Origin: a virus | Direction: 5' to 3' (one strand) | DNA: 64,000 bases | IMG/VR virus record: IMGVR_UViG_3300035454_000441 | Part shown: one piece after another, positions 27,125 through 35,721 of the stretch | Layout of the letters: every line of letters begins with the position of its first letter | Position numbering within the stretch: the stretch's first letter is position 1 | Notes under the pieces: generated by a model | Databases searched by the model: none | What the model was told of the DNA's origin: nothing | The model's input: the letters and a program-made list of their open reading frames with translations, nothing else | Position numbers and translations under genes: made by a program

Positions 27125-28549
27125 TCACAAAATGGGTTTATTTGCGTTCTCCCGAATCTTCTCAAAGTTAGTCAAGGCAACAAACGGCTCATACAGTTTC
27201 TTCGTCATAGTGTAGACCAAGTTCAGGATAATCTTGTCTTCCCAATTCTGGTCATCCAGACGAACGGTTTTTGCCTTGCCTTCCTCGTCCTCCACGACAG
27301 TGAGGCGACCACGTTTGCTTTCTTTGCCCGGTGCTTCCTTGAAAACATCAATCCATTTACCATTGACAAGCAGGGCGCAACACTTCATGGCGAATCCGTA
27401 GGTGTCGCGGTTAACGTGTTGGAGCAGGGCACCACCCATCCCGAATGCTACGTTGTCAGCACTGAAACCTGCCCACTTGAGAGTAGCTAGGATTTCGTTG
27501 ATGCTGGCTTTGTTGATGCCGTCTCCTTGAATAACGCGAACATAAGGAGGAAGCACTTTGTAACCCTTGCTGTTCCGAGTGGTACCAAACTTCTCTGCAA
27601 GGATTTCAACACAACGGCGTACGGTCGGAGCGGGGTCCCCCGAGTCCGGACGAATAACCAGAGTACCACCAACTGCGCCGAGGGCTTCAACATCTGCCTT
27701 CAACTCGGTACCCCAGAGTTCACAAGCCTTGAAGATATCGTAGCTGTCCGAAACAACAGCCACAAGCTTGCCAGGACCGCCGTATTGTTTCAGCATATTG
27801 CGGTATGCTTCAACTTCGTTGTCTTTACCCCAACTGGTGATGGTGCTATGTTCAGCCGCAGGAATACTGAACCCTGCCATCTCTGCACCGTAGTAGTGAT
27901 TGGCATACTGAACACCCTCAACAGTGTCCGAGCCGAGAAAGTTTACAAGGTGAGCCGCACCGCCGATACCAGCAGTTTCACCCGAAGAGCAACCACGACC
28001 ACCGAAGTCATGGAGTTTGAATGCGACTTGCTCTTGAACGTCACTGGTCCGCTCAAGGAAGTCTTTGATGACTTTCTTGCAGTCATAACTTACAGTGGCG
28101 ACCGAAGACGGGTACCAGATGGCGCGAAGTAGAGCCGTTTCGAGGAAGTTCACGATCCAAAAGCACACAGGATCAGTACAACATATCGTAAGTAAGCAAT
28201 TACGATTTTTAATAACAGTTCCTTCAGGTAAAGCCTTGATAGTGACAGGCATATATCCTTTATACTCGGTTAGTATATACTCAAATCCTTGTTTATTGAA
28301 AGGAACCCCATGTGCTTTACAGAACAGTTCAGCCTCTTCAATATCAGCTTGAGTAATCGGGGTGAGTAGATAGTCCTTGATGAACATCTGTAATCCAAAG
28401 AACACAAGATGATCTCCTCCTCTCGCTTCAATATACGATTGCATCCCCTCGGCTCCCGGAGGATATTGTCCTTGATGTTCAGTGTTATTGATACCGATTG
28501 AATGCGAGAATTTGTATGAATCGGTGGATAGTAGGATATTTCTTTTCAT
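27125..28549 (-). CDS. nadV: Nicotinamide phosphoribosyltransferase (NAMPT/NadV)
   Basis: 474 aa; overall NAMPT pattern (..GGGLLQ..DTVFG..); typical phage NAD+ salvage gene. Confidence 0.8.
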   Translation of the reverse strand: MKRNILLSTDSYKFSHSIGINNTEHQGQYPPGAEGMQSYIEARGGDHLVFFGLQMFIKDYLLTPITQADIEEAELFCKAHGVPFNKQGFEYILTEYKGYMPVTIKALPEGTVIKNRNCLLTICCTDPVCFWIVNFLETALLRAIWYPSSVATVSYDCKKVIKDFLERTSDVQEQVAFKLHDFGGRGCSSGETAGIGGAAHLVNFLGSDTVEGVQYANHYYGAEMAGFSIPAAEHSTITSWGKDNEVEAYRNMLKQYGGPGKLVAVVSDSYDIFKACELWGTELKADVEALGAVGGTLVIRPDSGDPAPTVRRCVEILAEKFGTTRNSKGYKVLPPYVRVIQGDGINKASINEILATLKWAGFSADNVAFGMGGALLQHVNRDTYGFAMKCCALLVNGKWIDVFKEAPGKESKRGRLTVVEDEEGKAKTVRLDDQNWEDKIILNLVYTMTKKLYEPFVALTNFEKIRENANKPIL

Positions 28550-28592
28550 AGTAAGTCTCCCTTACTTTGGTGATGGTGAGTTGTCTATCAAC

Positions 28593-29123
28593 TCACTTAT
28601 TGAATTGGTGTTTATAAGCCCGTTCTAACCAGATTTTCCATTGCTCTAAACTATGTTCTTTCTTGGAGTAGTTACAAGCAGAACAACATGGTACAACGTT
28701 ATCTAGTGTGTAACCCTTGTTATTATCTACCCTATCAATACCGTTATACAGCAACGTATCATAGACCATTCTCATTTCTGTGTTCGGTACTGTACCACAA
28801 TAGTAGCATGACTGTTGCGTAATGTCAACCACATTTTGTAGTGTAAGTTCGAATAATATACCTCTCTTCTTGGCACCGCTTACGTAACGTCTGTACAACT
28901 TTCGTTTGAGACCCATTTGGTCGGGGAATCGACGATTTGGTCTAGGTGGTGAACAATCTTTACACGCCAGGCGTATTGAGTTACGTAAATCCGTAATATG
29001 TGCGTATCTAACACCACCACACTCACACTGACATACCCACTTCTTACGTTCATTATCAAAGTATGTCAGTGTGAGTTTTCCATATTTCTCGCCGCTTGTT
29101 GCTGAGTTATTTGTTCTTGCCAT
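28593..29123 (-). CDS. HNH homing endonuclease
   Basis: C-terminal HNH box DRVDNNKGYTLDNVVPCCSACNYSKK. Confidence 0.75.
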   Translation of the reverse strand: MARTNNSATSGEKYGKLTLTYFDNERKKWVCQCECGGVRYAHITDLRNSIRLACKDCSPPRPNRRFPDQMGLKRKLYRRYVSGAKKRGILFELTLQNVVDITQQSCYYCGTVPNTEMRMVYDTLLYNGIDRVDNNKGYTLDNVVPCCSACNYSKKEHSLEQWKIWLERAYKHQFNK

Positions 29124-29191
29124 TTTGTGTCCGTTTCCAAATAAGTATTTTTATGATTACACTTATTTAGTAACAGTCACTTTTCTAGGCC

Positions 29192-29317
29192 TCACTCCTT
29201 TTCGGTAATCAGGCTCAACTGCCCACAAGCGGCGCCGGCGGCAACTTCGGCTTCTGTAGCGATAGCAACAGCGAAGTCAAAACCGGCTTCTTTAAGTTCC
29301 TGAGCGATTTTCTCCAT
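29192..29317 (-). CDS. Detached C-terminal fragment of the RlmN/Cfr-like enzyme (carries the conserved ...AACGQL Cys motif)
   Basis: MEKIAQELKEAGFDFAVAI...AAGAACGQLS resembles the RlmN C-terminus; strong RBS AAGGAGA. Confidence 0.5.
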   Translation of the reverse strand: MEKIAQELKEAGFDFAVAIATEAEVAAGAACGQLSLITEKE

Positions 29318-29327
29318 GGTATTCTCC

Positions 29328-30131
29328 TTAGATAATGTTAGTTGTGGTAATGATGCCGGCGCCCAGCCCATTCTGGTCGCTAATCTCATTACGATTGATT
29401 GGTGATAGCTTGATGAAGAAATACTTTGGGTCAAAATACCTCTTGAGTTTGTCAATGTCAAAGTCCGCTTCATCGACCAGTGTAAGATTCACAGTGGTCT
29501 TCAACTTGCTTTTGGTGCGAATCTGACCAAGTTCTTCAATGGTCATCAGATTGTTCACTGGAATAAGTTCACGCCTGCGGTCTTCATCTAGTGAATGAAG
29601 ACTAATCTGGAGCGTGATGTTGTCCTTAATCCAAGAGAAGTCCGACCCCCTAACGCCGATAGTGCTGATATAGTGATGAAACAGAATATCATTTCTGTGT
29701 TGCTGGAACATATCAATAGCTTTCCTGACTTCATCAATATTCAGAAAAGGCTCACCCATGCGAGTATAGTTAATCTTGAGTTCCTTGGGATGTTCGAAGC
29801 CAAGAGAATCCAAGAATTCCTCGTTCTTCTCAAGCATAACAAACTTGACTTGGTCTGTAATCTCCTTAGCAGTAAGATTGCGCCAGCCCTTCATCTGCCC
29901 AGTGGCGCAGAACTTACATCCAACAGGACAACCGGACATAGTGGACACACCAATCATCCAGCGTTCTGCTCTGGAGCCGATATTACCATCCCGCAACGCA
30001 TTGGTGCCGTTGACACACTCCTTGGTATAGTAAGGCAGAAATGTGTCCGTAGTCTCAATCAGTCGCCCGTCTTCCAGTTCAAGACAGTAGACGGATCCGT
30101 TTGTGAAATGTCGGCTTCGTAGTTCTTTCAT
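29328..30131 (-). CDS. RlmN/Cfr-family radical SAM RNA methyltransferase (N-terminal and core part; frameshifted relative to the C-terminal fragment)
   Basis: CPVGCKFCATGQ (RlmN GCxxxCxFCxTG), RMGEPFLN, LQISLHSLDEDRRRELIPVN. Confidence 0.65.
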   Translation of the reverse strand: MKELRSRHFTNGSVYCLELEDGRLIETTDTFLPYYTKECVNGTNALRDGNIGSRAERWMIGVSTMSGCPVGCKFCATGQMKGWRNLTAKEITDQVKFVMLEKNEEFLDSLGFEHPKELKINYTRMGEPFLNIDEVRKAIDMFQQHRNDILFHHYISTIGVRGSDFSWIKDNITLQISLHSLDEDRRRELIPVNNLMTIEELGQIRTKSKLKTTVNLTLVDEADFDIDKLKRYFDPKYFFIKLSPINRNEISDQNGLGAGIITTTNII

Positions 30132-30133
30132 CG

Positions 30134-31165
30134 TTAAATTCCTAGCAAGTCGGTAATGATATCGTAGTGATCCTCAAAAAGACGGTCGGGCTCCAGTTCC
30201 GAGATGGGCAGCCAGAAAGCCTTCTCCGCATCATCGGCGCCTTTGACTCGCGGCAGGTCACCACAGTTCGGTAGTTCAATGAGGAATGCGTTAGTCACAG
30301 TACGTCCGCGAAGACTACGTTCAGGAGCATCATACACCTTCTGGCGCTTGATACAACCCCTCAGGACGGGCATGGGAACCTTAATCTTAGTCTCTTCACG
30401 AAGTTCCCGAAGCATACCATCAATAAGCGTTTCCTCTTGATTGAGAAAGCCACCCGGCAAGGCATACAGTCCTTTACCCGGTTCTGCCCGGCGCTTCACC
30501 AGCAGAATATGACCAGACTGAATGACAACAGCATCCGTGGTCAGAAATGTCACGGGATAAGGAGCAACAGCCCATGACTCTTTATATCCCTTGATGTAGA
30601 AATACTCCTGAACCAGTTGCTTGAACTCCGGTGTTTGAGTAAAGCCTTGGAGATACTGGAACACGGTCGGTGGTACAAACTTCTCAAAGTAATCAAACTT
30701 GAAGTATCTATCACGCAAGGCGGTGGCGTGAAGATGGCTCAGTTCTTCATCAAAGCCCGCGGGCGAGATGAAATGCCACTGCGGGAACATATCGATGTAC
30801 CAACTGGTGTAGTCTTCCTTGTTACCCGTGATAGCGATACTCCCAAAGTCCGGATCGCCGTTGTCGGAAAGGATGACTTGGTCCACCACGTTCTGTACAT
30901 GCATGGCCCATTTCTGGTCATTGTAGGTGAAGTCGTTGAGATAACCATACAGAACGCGGCTATCGTTATCAGTGACGCCTCGAATCATAGACACACGTTC
31001 ACTAGCAGTGAACGGGTTCTTGATTGTACGAGGACGATTAGCCGTGCCGATTAAGACAATGACCTTCTCGGAGTACTTCAAGGCGTTTTCTAGAATAGCT
31101 TGATGGTTCTTGTGGAAGGGCTGAAATCGCCCGATGAATACGCAATACTTGTGTTTTTTAAGCAT
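30134..31165 (-). CDS. nadM: Bifunctional NMN adenylyltransferase / Nudix hydrolase (NadM-Nudix, NatV-like)
   Basis: GRFQPFHKNH nucleotidyltransferase motif; Nudix box GGFLNQEETLIDGMLRELREETKI. Confidence 0.85.
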   Translation of the reverse strand: MLKKHKYCVFIGRFQPFHKNHQAILENALKYSEKVIVLIGTANRPRTIKNPFTASERVSMIRGVTDNDSRVLYGYLNDFTYNDQKWAMHVQNVVDQVILSDNGDPDFGSIAITGNKEDYTSWYIDMFPQWHFISPAGFDEELSHLHATALRDRYFKFDYFEKFVPPTVFQYLQGFTQTPEFKQLVQEYFYIKGYKESWAVAPYPVTFLTTDAVVIQSGHILLVKRRAEPGKGLYALPGGFLNQEETLIDGMLRELREETKIKVPMPVLRGCIKRQKVYDAPERSLRGRTVTNAFLIELPNCGDLPRVKGADDAEKAFWLPISELEPDRLFEDHYDIITDLLGI

Positions 31166-31235
31166 AATGGACTCCCCATTAAGATATGATAGTGAGGCGT
31201 CTTTCGCCTCACACTTCTATTTAGTTTAAAATGAA

Positions 31236-31526
31236 TTACTCGTCCAAGAACGGATCTATAACACCAGTCATTCGGCGCAATTGATATGTACACTCATTCG
31301 TGGTTTCTTTGCCGAGAGACACGGATTTACCATAGCACCTCGTTGTTTCTTTGTCGTGGCCGATAACACAAAATCCAGCACCGATGATATCATCTTTGGT
31401 CTTGCCAATATTTCGGGTCATTTGATCATGAGATATAAAATCTGGAAACACAACTAGGGTGTCCAGCCGACCAACACCCGTATTCAAATCACGAACGAAA
31501 ATGTATTTCAATTCACTCACAGTCAT
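31236..31526 (-). CDS. Hypothetical protein (96 aa)
   Basis: ORF track. Confidence 0.4.
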   Translation of the reverse strand: MTVSELKYIFVRDLNTGVGRLDTLVVFPDFISHDQMTRNIGKTKDDIIGAGFCVIGHDKETTRCYGKSVSLGKETTNECTYQLRRMTGVIDPFLDE

Positions 31527-31862
31527 TTATCCTTTAGTGGCTTTGGCTTCCGCCTCTTCCATGAGTTGGCGCCAGTATTTCAGAATGCGCGGTTTCTTAC
31601 CGGGTGCCGCGCTCTGCCAGAACGTAAGTTGTTTAGTTGAGAGGCGTCCCATCTTCTGATAGTAGACCGCCATCGAAGAACCGATTTCAGCGTGGGCTGG
31701 CATGAAACCTCGCCCGTTGTGTTCGACCGTGGCACCCATGACTTGCTCTGATGCCGTTTGACGATTGTGAAGATGAACCAATGCGCGCCCAACTGCAACC
31801 ATACCTACCGCGTCTTTGCGCATCAGAACAGTCTCAATTTTGGTGCGAAGGTCTTTGTTCAT
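31527..31862 (-). CDS. Hypothetical protein (111 aa)
   Basis: ORF track. Confidence 0.4.
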   Translation of the reverse strand: MNKDLRTKIETVLMRKDAVGMVAVGRALVHLHNRQTASEQVMGATVEHNGRGFMPAHAEIGSSMAVYYQKMGRLSTKQLTFWQSAAPGKKPRILKYWRQLMEEAEAKATKG

Positions 31863-31996
31863 TTCTTGGCAGCCTCAACGATTTTGTTAAACGTCTTGTT
31901 AGAAACGGTACGAACACCACAGACGCGGCAGGGAAAGGTTTCAAGAACCTTGGTACCACAACAGAGACATTTGACTTTCTTGAGGTCAGCACTCAT
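31862..31996 (-). CDS. Small zinc-ribbon protein (45 aa); below the ORF-track cutoff
   Basis: CLCCG...CRVCG; ATGA/TAATG overlaps with neighbours. Confidence 0.3.
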
Positions 31997-32121
31997 TAGC
32001 GAGCCGCTTTCTCTTTAAGCAGGGCGATGTTGGAATTGACTTCTTTCGTCGCTTTTTGGGCGGGGACTTTGGTGACTTTACCACCACGCTTCAAGAACTC
32101 TTCAACGCTTTCGATTTTCAT
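31996..32121 (-). CDS. Small Lys-rich protein (41 aa) directly after promoter f
   Basis: ATG 25 nt downstream of the cassette. Confidence 0.3.
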   Translation of the reverse strand: MKIESVEEFLKRGGKVTKVPAQKATKEVNSNIALLKEKAAR

Positions 32122-32160
32122 TTTGTGGTCTCCTTTGGGGTTAGCGTCAATCACAAATAC

Positions 32161-32189
32161 ACTATACACCAGAAGGAGACCACTGTCAA
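32161..32189 (-). promoter_or_regulatory. Early promoter, cassette copy f (TTGACA-N17-TATAGT)
   Basis: tgtcaa 32184-32189 / actata 32161-32166. Confidence 0.6.
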
Positions 32190-32201
32190 CAACAAAATAC
32201 C

Positions 32202-32486
32202 TTATTCCACTTTTTTCTTTCGTACTCGCTTGGGCTTGACTTCCGGTGGTTGGGGCTCCTCAGCGATTTTTTGCTCCGGTTTGGTAGCTGTCTCTAGGGC
32301 AGTCTTCAAATCGGCAACACAATTCTCATAGAATACCACATCCTCCCGCCAGTGCTTTTTCAACTCGGCATTCTGAGAGGTCAGTTCGTTCTCAATATCT
32401 TGGAGTTTGAGAACGTTATTCCGATACACCAAGATCCCAATAACGAAACCAATAGCGATACCCACAAAAAACGCGATAAAACTCAT
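32202..32486 (-). CDS. Membrane-anchored coiled-coil protein (94 aa)
   Basis: N-terminal TM segment. Confidence 0.4.
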   Translation of the reverse strand: MSFIAFFVGIAIGFVIGILVYRNNVLKLQDIENELTSQNAELKKHWREDVVFYENCVADLKTALETATKPEQKIAEEPQPPEVKPKRVRKKKVE

Positions 32487-32499
32487 TCTTTCTTCTCCT

Positions 32500-33084
32500 T
32501 TACATGGACCCGGTAATATAGTTGTATATAGACTTCCAGTTTTTCACAACAGGGCACCCCGTGTGGTGCATATTGTGTTGATGCTCGACCAAAATACCAG
32601 TCAGTCCAATGTCCATGCCAACTTGAACGTTCTGAATGTGGTCTTCAATCCAATAGCATTCTGAATCACGATACTCTTCTAGGGCTTCGTCTTTATCAGC
32701 ACCCGTATCAAGAATAATAAACTTATCGAAAGTCGTTTCACCAAACAGCTTCCGAAGGTTCTTGATTCTAAGTTCCCCCGCATATCGGTCGGTCGATAGC
32801 GAGGTGATAACATGGAAAATGTATCCGTGTTGTTCGTGAAGTTTTTTCACATAATGAACAGAGTCACGGAACGGCGGGAGGAAACCAATAGCGGCAGACT
32901 CGTTAAACATGCGGACGAGGTTGCGCTTCTCACCTTGAGGAATTCCATACTGATCCTCAATGCGATAGAACAGCTTGTGGTTATCACAAACCTTATATCC
33001 CTGTTTAGCCATCCAAGTATGAAAAGCGAACTCCCAGTCCAGAAGTACACCATCACAGTCTGTCAAAATCAATTTGTTGTTCAT
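32500..33084 (-). CDS. HAD-family 5'(3')-deoxyribonucleotidase-like phosphatase
   Basis: Motif I ILTDCDGVLLDW. Confidence 0.6.
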   Translation of the reverse strand: MNNKLILTDCDGVLLDWEFAFHTWMAKQGYKVCDNHKLFYRIEDQYGIPQGEKRNLVRMFNESAAIGFLPPFRDSVHYVKKLHEQHGYIFHVITSLSTDRYAGELRIKNLRKLFGETTFDKFIILDTGADKDEALEEYRDSECYWIEDHIQNVQVGMDIGLTGILVEHQHNMHHTGCPVVKNWKSIYNYITGSM

Positions 33085-33324
33085 TCAATATAGCCTTTGC
33101 TTGGGTGTAGAAACTGCTTTTGGTTGGTAAACGGGACGATAGACTTCACTCATATTGTTATCACACCTCGGACAACCAACATCCTTGAACTCTAGACTAT
33201 TCCACTCAACATCGGATATGGCATAGTTACAGATACCACATTGATAGTGGTCGACCTTATTATGTACCGAACAAGGTAGGGTTGTTTCATCGTAGCATCT
33301 ACAACCATCTTTACTTGGAAACAT
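33085..33324 (-). CDS. Cys-rich hypothetical protein (79 aa)
   Basis: ORF track. Confidence 0.4.
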   Translation of the reverse strand: MFPSKDGCRCYDETTLPCSVHNKVDHYQCGICNYAISDVEWNSLEFKDVGCPRCDNNMSEVYRPVYQPKAVSTPKQRLY

Positions 33325-33451
33325 TTTTTACCTTCTTTTTGTGATTCTTGATGTATTCAATGATGGCCTTGTTAACACACTTGGAACACAATCGATCCTC
33401 ATCCGGATCGTATATCGTTGCTCCACAAACATCACACCCGCAAAATCCCAT
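33311..33451 (-). CDS. Small Cys-rich protein (46 aa); below the ORF-track cutoff
   Basis: MGFCGCDVCG...CSKC. Confidence 0.3.
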   Translation of the reverse strand: MGFCGCDVCGATIYDPDEDRLCSKCVNKAIIEYIKNHKKKVKNVSK

Positions 33452-33454
33452 GAC

Positions 33455-33745
33455 TCACCTCTTCATTCGTTCTAGTTGACCACATAAAACAACAATCGCG
33501 GCATCAATTGCATTATTCCAGATAACAGTTTCTTCCTTCTCATATTGAGAAACAAGTCGGGCATACGCTTGGCGGAGTTTCTCGTTTTCCTGCTCCAGAG
33601 GTGACTTCTGTTTCTCCTCTTCATCGCACCATTCACAAGGAAAGCTTTGTGTTTTAATGCCGTTAGCTACGGTACAGTTTTCGTCGTTATACTTACATCC
33701 ATGAATGATGCAACAATGCTCGGTATGAACGTCTTTTTCACTCAT
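33455..33745 (-). CDS. Cys/His-rich hypothetical protein (96 aa)
   Basis: ORF track. Confidence 0.4.
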   Translation of the reverse strand: MSEKDVHTEHCCIIHGCKYNDENCTVANGIKTQSFPCEWCDEEEKQKSPLEQENEKLRQAYARLVSQYEKEETVIWNNAIDAAIVVLCGQLERMKR

Positions 33746-33952
33746 TTATTCAATCCTCGTGATAATGTTGAAGTCTGTATCAACAGATTGTCCAACGTCT
33801 AACGCTAGAACATAATCTTCCCAGAACCAACGACTGTCCATGGTCGACCCCTTCTTTGTGTACTCACTTGTCAACCAATGCGGAGCATTATATTCGGAGA
33901 AGATTTCTGGCTTCGTCTTAAAAAACTTATGTTGCATCGAAAATCGTTTCAT
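33746..33952 (-). CDS. Hypothetical protein (68 aa)
   Basis: ORF track. Confidence 0.35.
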   Translation of the reverse strand: MKRFSMQHKFFKTKPEIFSEYNAPHWLTSEYTKKGSTMDSRWFWEDYVLALDVGQSVDTDFNIITRIE

Positions 33953-34231
33953 TCAATCCTCGTATTGCTCATAGAGCCGACCATCCTCTAATGGTGTTGT
34001 CCAGATGAACGTGCCCTTTATGGGCTGAACATAAGATGGAAATCTACCGTCAAGTTTAAACCCGGCAATCAACAGGGCTTCTCTGTCAATGTTGTTCGGG
34101 TCAACTATTGCAGAGGCTATTAACTTTTTATCCGCGATAGTCATCACAAACGAGACTGCCGCGCACCACCAGGTTGCCATGCTTCGTACAAAGTAGACAA
34201 GGCGGCACAGCATCACCACGAAGACCAACAA
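33953..34231 (-). CDS. Hypothetical protein (92 aa)
   Basis: ORF track. Confidence 0.4.
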   Translation of the reverse strand: MLVFVVMLCRLVYFVRSMATWWCAAVSFVMTIADKKLIASAIVDPNNIDREALLIAGFKLDGRFPSYVQPIKGTFIWTTPLEDGRLYEQYED

Positions 34232-34285
34232 ACTTGGAGTAGAAGCAGGTCGTACAGCAGTCGGATTCCCTCAGATTGGGTGGAT

Positions 34286-34417
34286 TAGGCGTACTCACAC
34301 TTCCTCCTTCGGCTCGGCATTCTTATGCTTCACCTTGCGATTGTACTTGGTTGAGGTATGCGGACCACCTTTAGGCGGCACGGGAATGCGTATCAAAGCT
34401 TGAAATCTATTTTTCAT
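34286..34417 (-). CDS. Small basic protein (about 43 aa); below the ORF-track cutoff
   Basis: ATG-initiated ORF in the gene train. Confidence 0.3.
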
Positions 34418-34566
34418 CGTCTTTTAGCCTTGAAGTTGAGGGCAGCGTTATAACCTGCCACGAAAGAAACCAGAGAGGGAACACCAGCACCAGAATAACA
34501 CTTTTTGTAGGCAATCCATGCCTTGTAGACTTCGTGGCTGGAAGTTCTGTAATCTTTCTCGATCAT
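34416..34566 (-). CDS. Small protein (50 aa); ATGA overlap with the downstream gene
   Basis: Below the ORF-track cutoff. Confidence 0.3.
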
Positions 34567-34742
34567 ATCTTCTCCACTCGGTAGGTACTCTTCACGCCGA
34601 TTTTCTTGTAGTACTCGTTGAGTATTTCACAGTTAACAAAAGCCGCAATCTCACTGTCATATTGTACAATGGTTTCAGTCTCGTTGTCAACTATAAAATG
34701 AGTTTCACCAGCCTTGGGCTTAACTTTGAGGGGATTATTCAT
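34563..34742 (-). CDS. Small protein (59 aa); ATGA overlaps at both ends
   Basis: Below the ORF-track cutoff. Confidence 0.35.
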   Translation of the reverse strand: MNNPLKVKPKAGETHFIVDNETETIVQYDSEIAAFVNCEILNEYYKKIGVKSTYRVEKI

Positions 34743-34963
34743 CAGAACAACTCCAGGTTCCAGTGTTCAGCGATATCATTTCGGTACTGGTTGAAATCAA
34801 TCATCTCACCATTTCGCCTCAGTACCCATTTACCATTCATGGGATTGCCATTGGGAGTTTTACCATACTCTCGTTCAAGAGTCATATTGTGAGTGATATT
34901 CTCATATCTCTCAACACCATCCTTCAACCCCATGTTGAGCATTCTAATTCTAATTTTGGCCAT
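34742..34963 (-). CDS. Hypothetical protein (start at MAKIRIRM, RBS GGAG)
   Basis: Track ORF trimmed to avoid overlap with 34950..35165. Confidence 0.35.
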   Translation of the reverse strand: MAKIRIRMLNMGLKDGVERYENITHNMTLEREYGKTPNGNPMNGKWVLRRNGEMIDFNQYRNDIAEHWNLELF

Positions 34964-35165
34964 GCTTTTCACTCCAAGGTTTCGGGTCATAGCTACATGC
35001 CATACAGGGTCGAATACCATCCTCTTTAGCGTCTTGCTCACTCATAGTAGTAGAAACAAGAGGCTTACCGTTCACCGTACCGTTCAGACAGGAGCAGTCT
35101 GAATCTTTATGGTACTTTTTACTCATTCGACCAGTGTAAGGTGAAACAGACACAATGACTTTCAT
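34950..35165 (-). CDS. Hypothetical Cys-containing protein (71 aa) after promoter m
   Basis: ATG is 40 nt downstream of the -10 box. Confidence 0.4.
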   Translation of the reverse strand: MKVIVSVSPYTGRMSKKYHKDSDCSCLNGTVNGKPLVSTTMSEQDAKEDGIRPCMACSYDPKPWSEKHGQN

Positions 35166-35204
35166 AGTTATTCCTTTAATATCTCATTTCTTCCTAACAC
35201 AGTT

Positions 35205-35233
35205 ACTATACTAGGTCCACAATAGGTTGTCAA
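35205..35233 (-). promoter_or_regulatory. Early promoter, cassette copy m (TTGACA-N17-TATAGT)
   Basis: tgtcaa 35228-35233 / actata 35205-35210. Confidence 0.55.
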
Positions 35234-35258
35234 GAGAAATCTTTAGAGTTCCAAAAGA

Positions 35259-35283
35259 AAAAGCCCGCTTTAGGCGGGCTTCG
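35259..35283 (-). terminator. Rho-independent terminator (stem AAGCCCGC/GCGGGCTT, loop TTTAG, U-run)
   Basis: 8-bp GC stem followed by TTTTCTTTT on the minus strand; overlaps the stop of 35270..35542. Confidence 0.6.
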
Positions 35284-35542
35284 TTTCGTAGGCGCAGTCG
35301 GCACAGCACCACGCTCTTTTGTCTCCTGTGAAACCTTCTCCACAGGTACGGCAGCGGCACGTGTAGTCGCCTGGTGCCCAACCTCTTTCTAAGACAGGAG
35401 GACGGGTGTCACCATTAGTAAGGCACTGCTCCATGAATGTCTTGTGTTTTTTGTTTCCAAATATGCGTTCCCAGTTCTCTTCATATACATCATGGGGAAC
35501 ACTAAACGGTCTTGGTTTAGATCCCTTTCCATTCTGACTCAT
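35270..35542 (-). CDS. Cys-rich hypothetical protein (90 aa)
   Basis: CRCRTCG...CCADC. Confidence 0.45.
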   Translation of the reverse strand: MSQNGKGSKPRPFSVPHDVYEENWERIFGNKKHKTFMEQCLTNGDTRPPVLERGWAPGDYTCRCRTCGEGFTGDKRAWCCADCAYETKPA

Positions 35543-35721
35543 ACATCAAACTCCTTAATACGTTTTAATGCCTTTGAACCATCACATATGTCCTCAAGAG
35601 GATGCTTGGGAGTCTGTAGTTGTAGCCCAAGGAGATACGTATTCAACTCAAATATTACACCGTTCACCTCAAACGTGGGTTTATCTTCCCCACTCATACG
35701 GCGCATTGACCTCCCGCGCAA
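35539..35721 (-). CDS. Hypothetical protein (60 aa)
   Basis: ORF track. Confidence 0.3.
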   Translation of the reverse strand: MRGRSMRRMSGEDKPTFEVNGVIFELNTYLLGLQLQTPKHPLEDICDGSKALKRIKEFDV

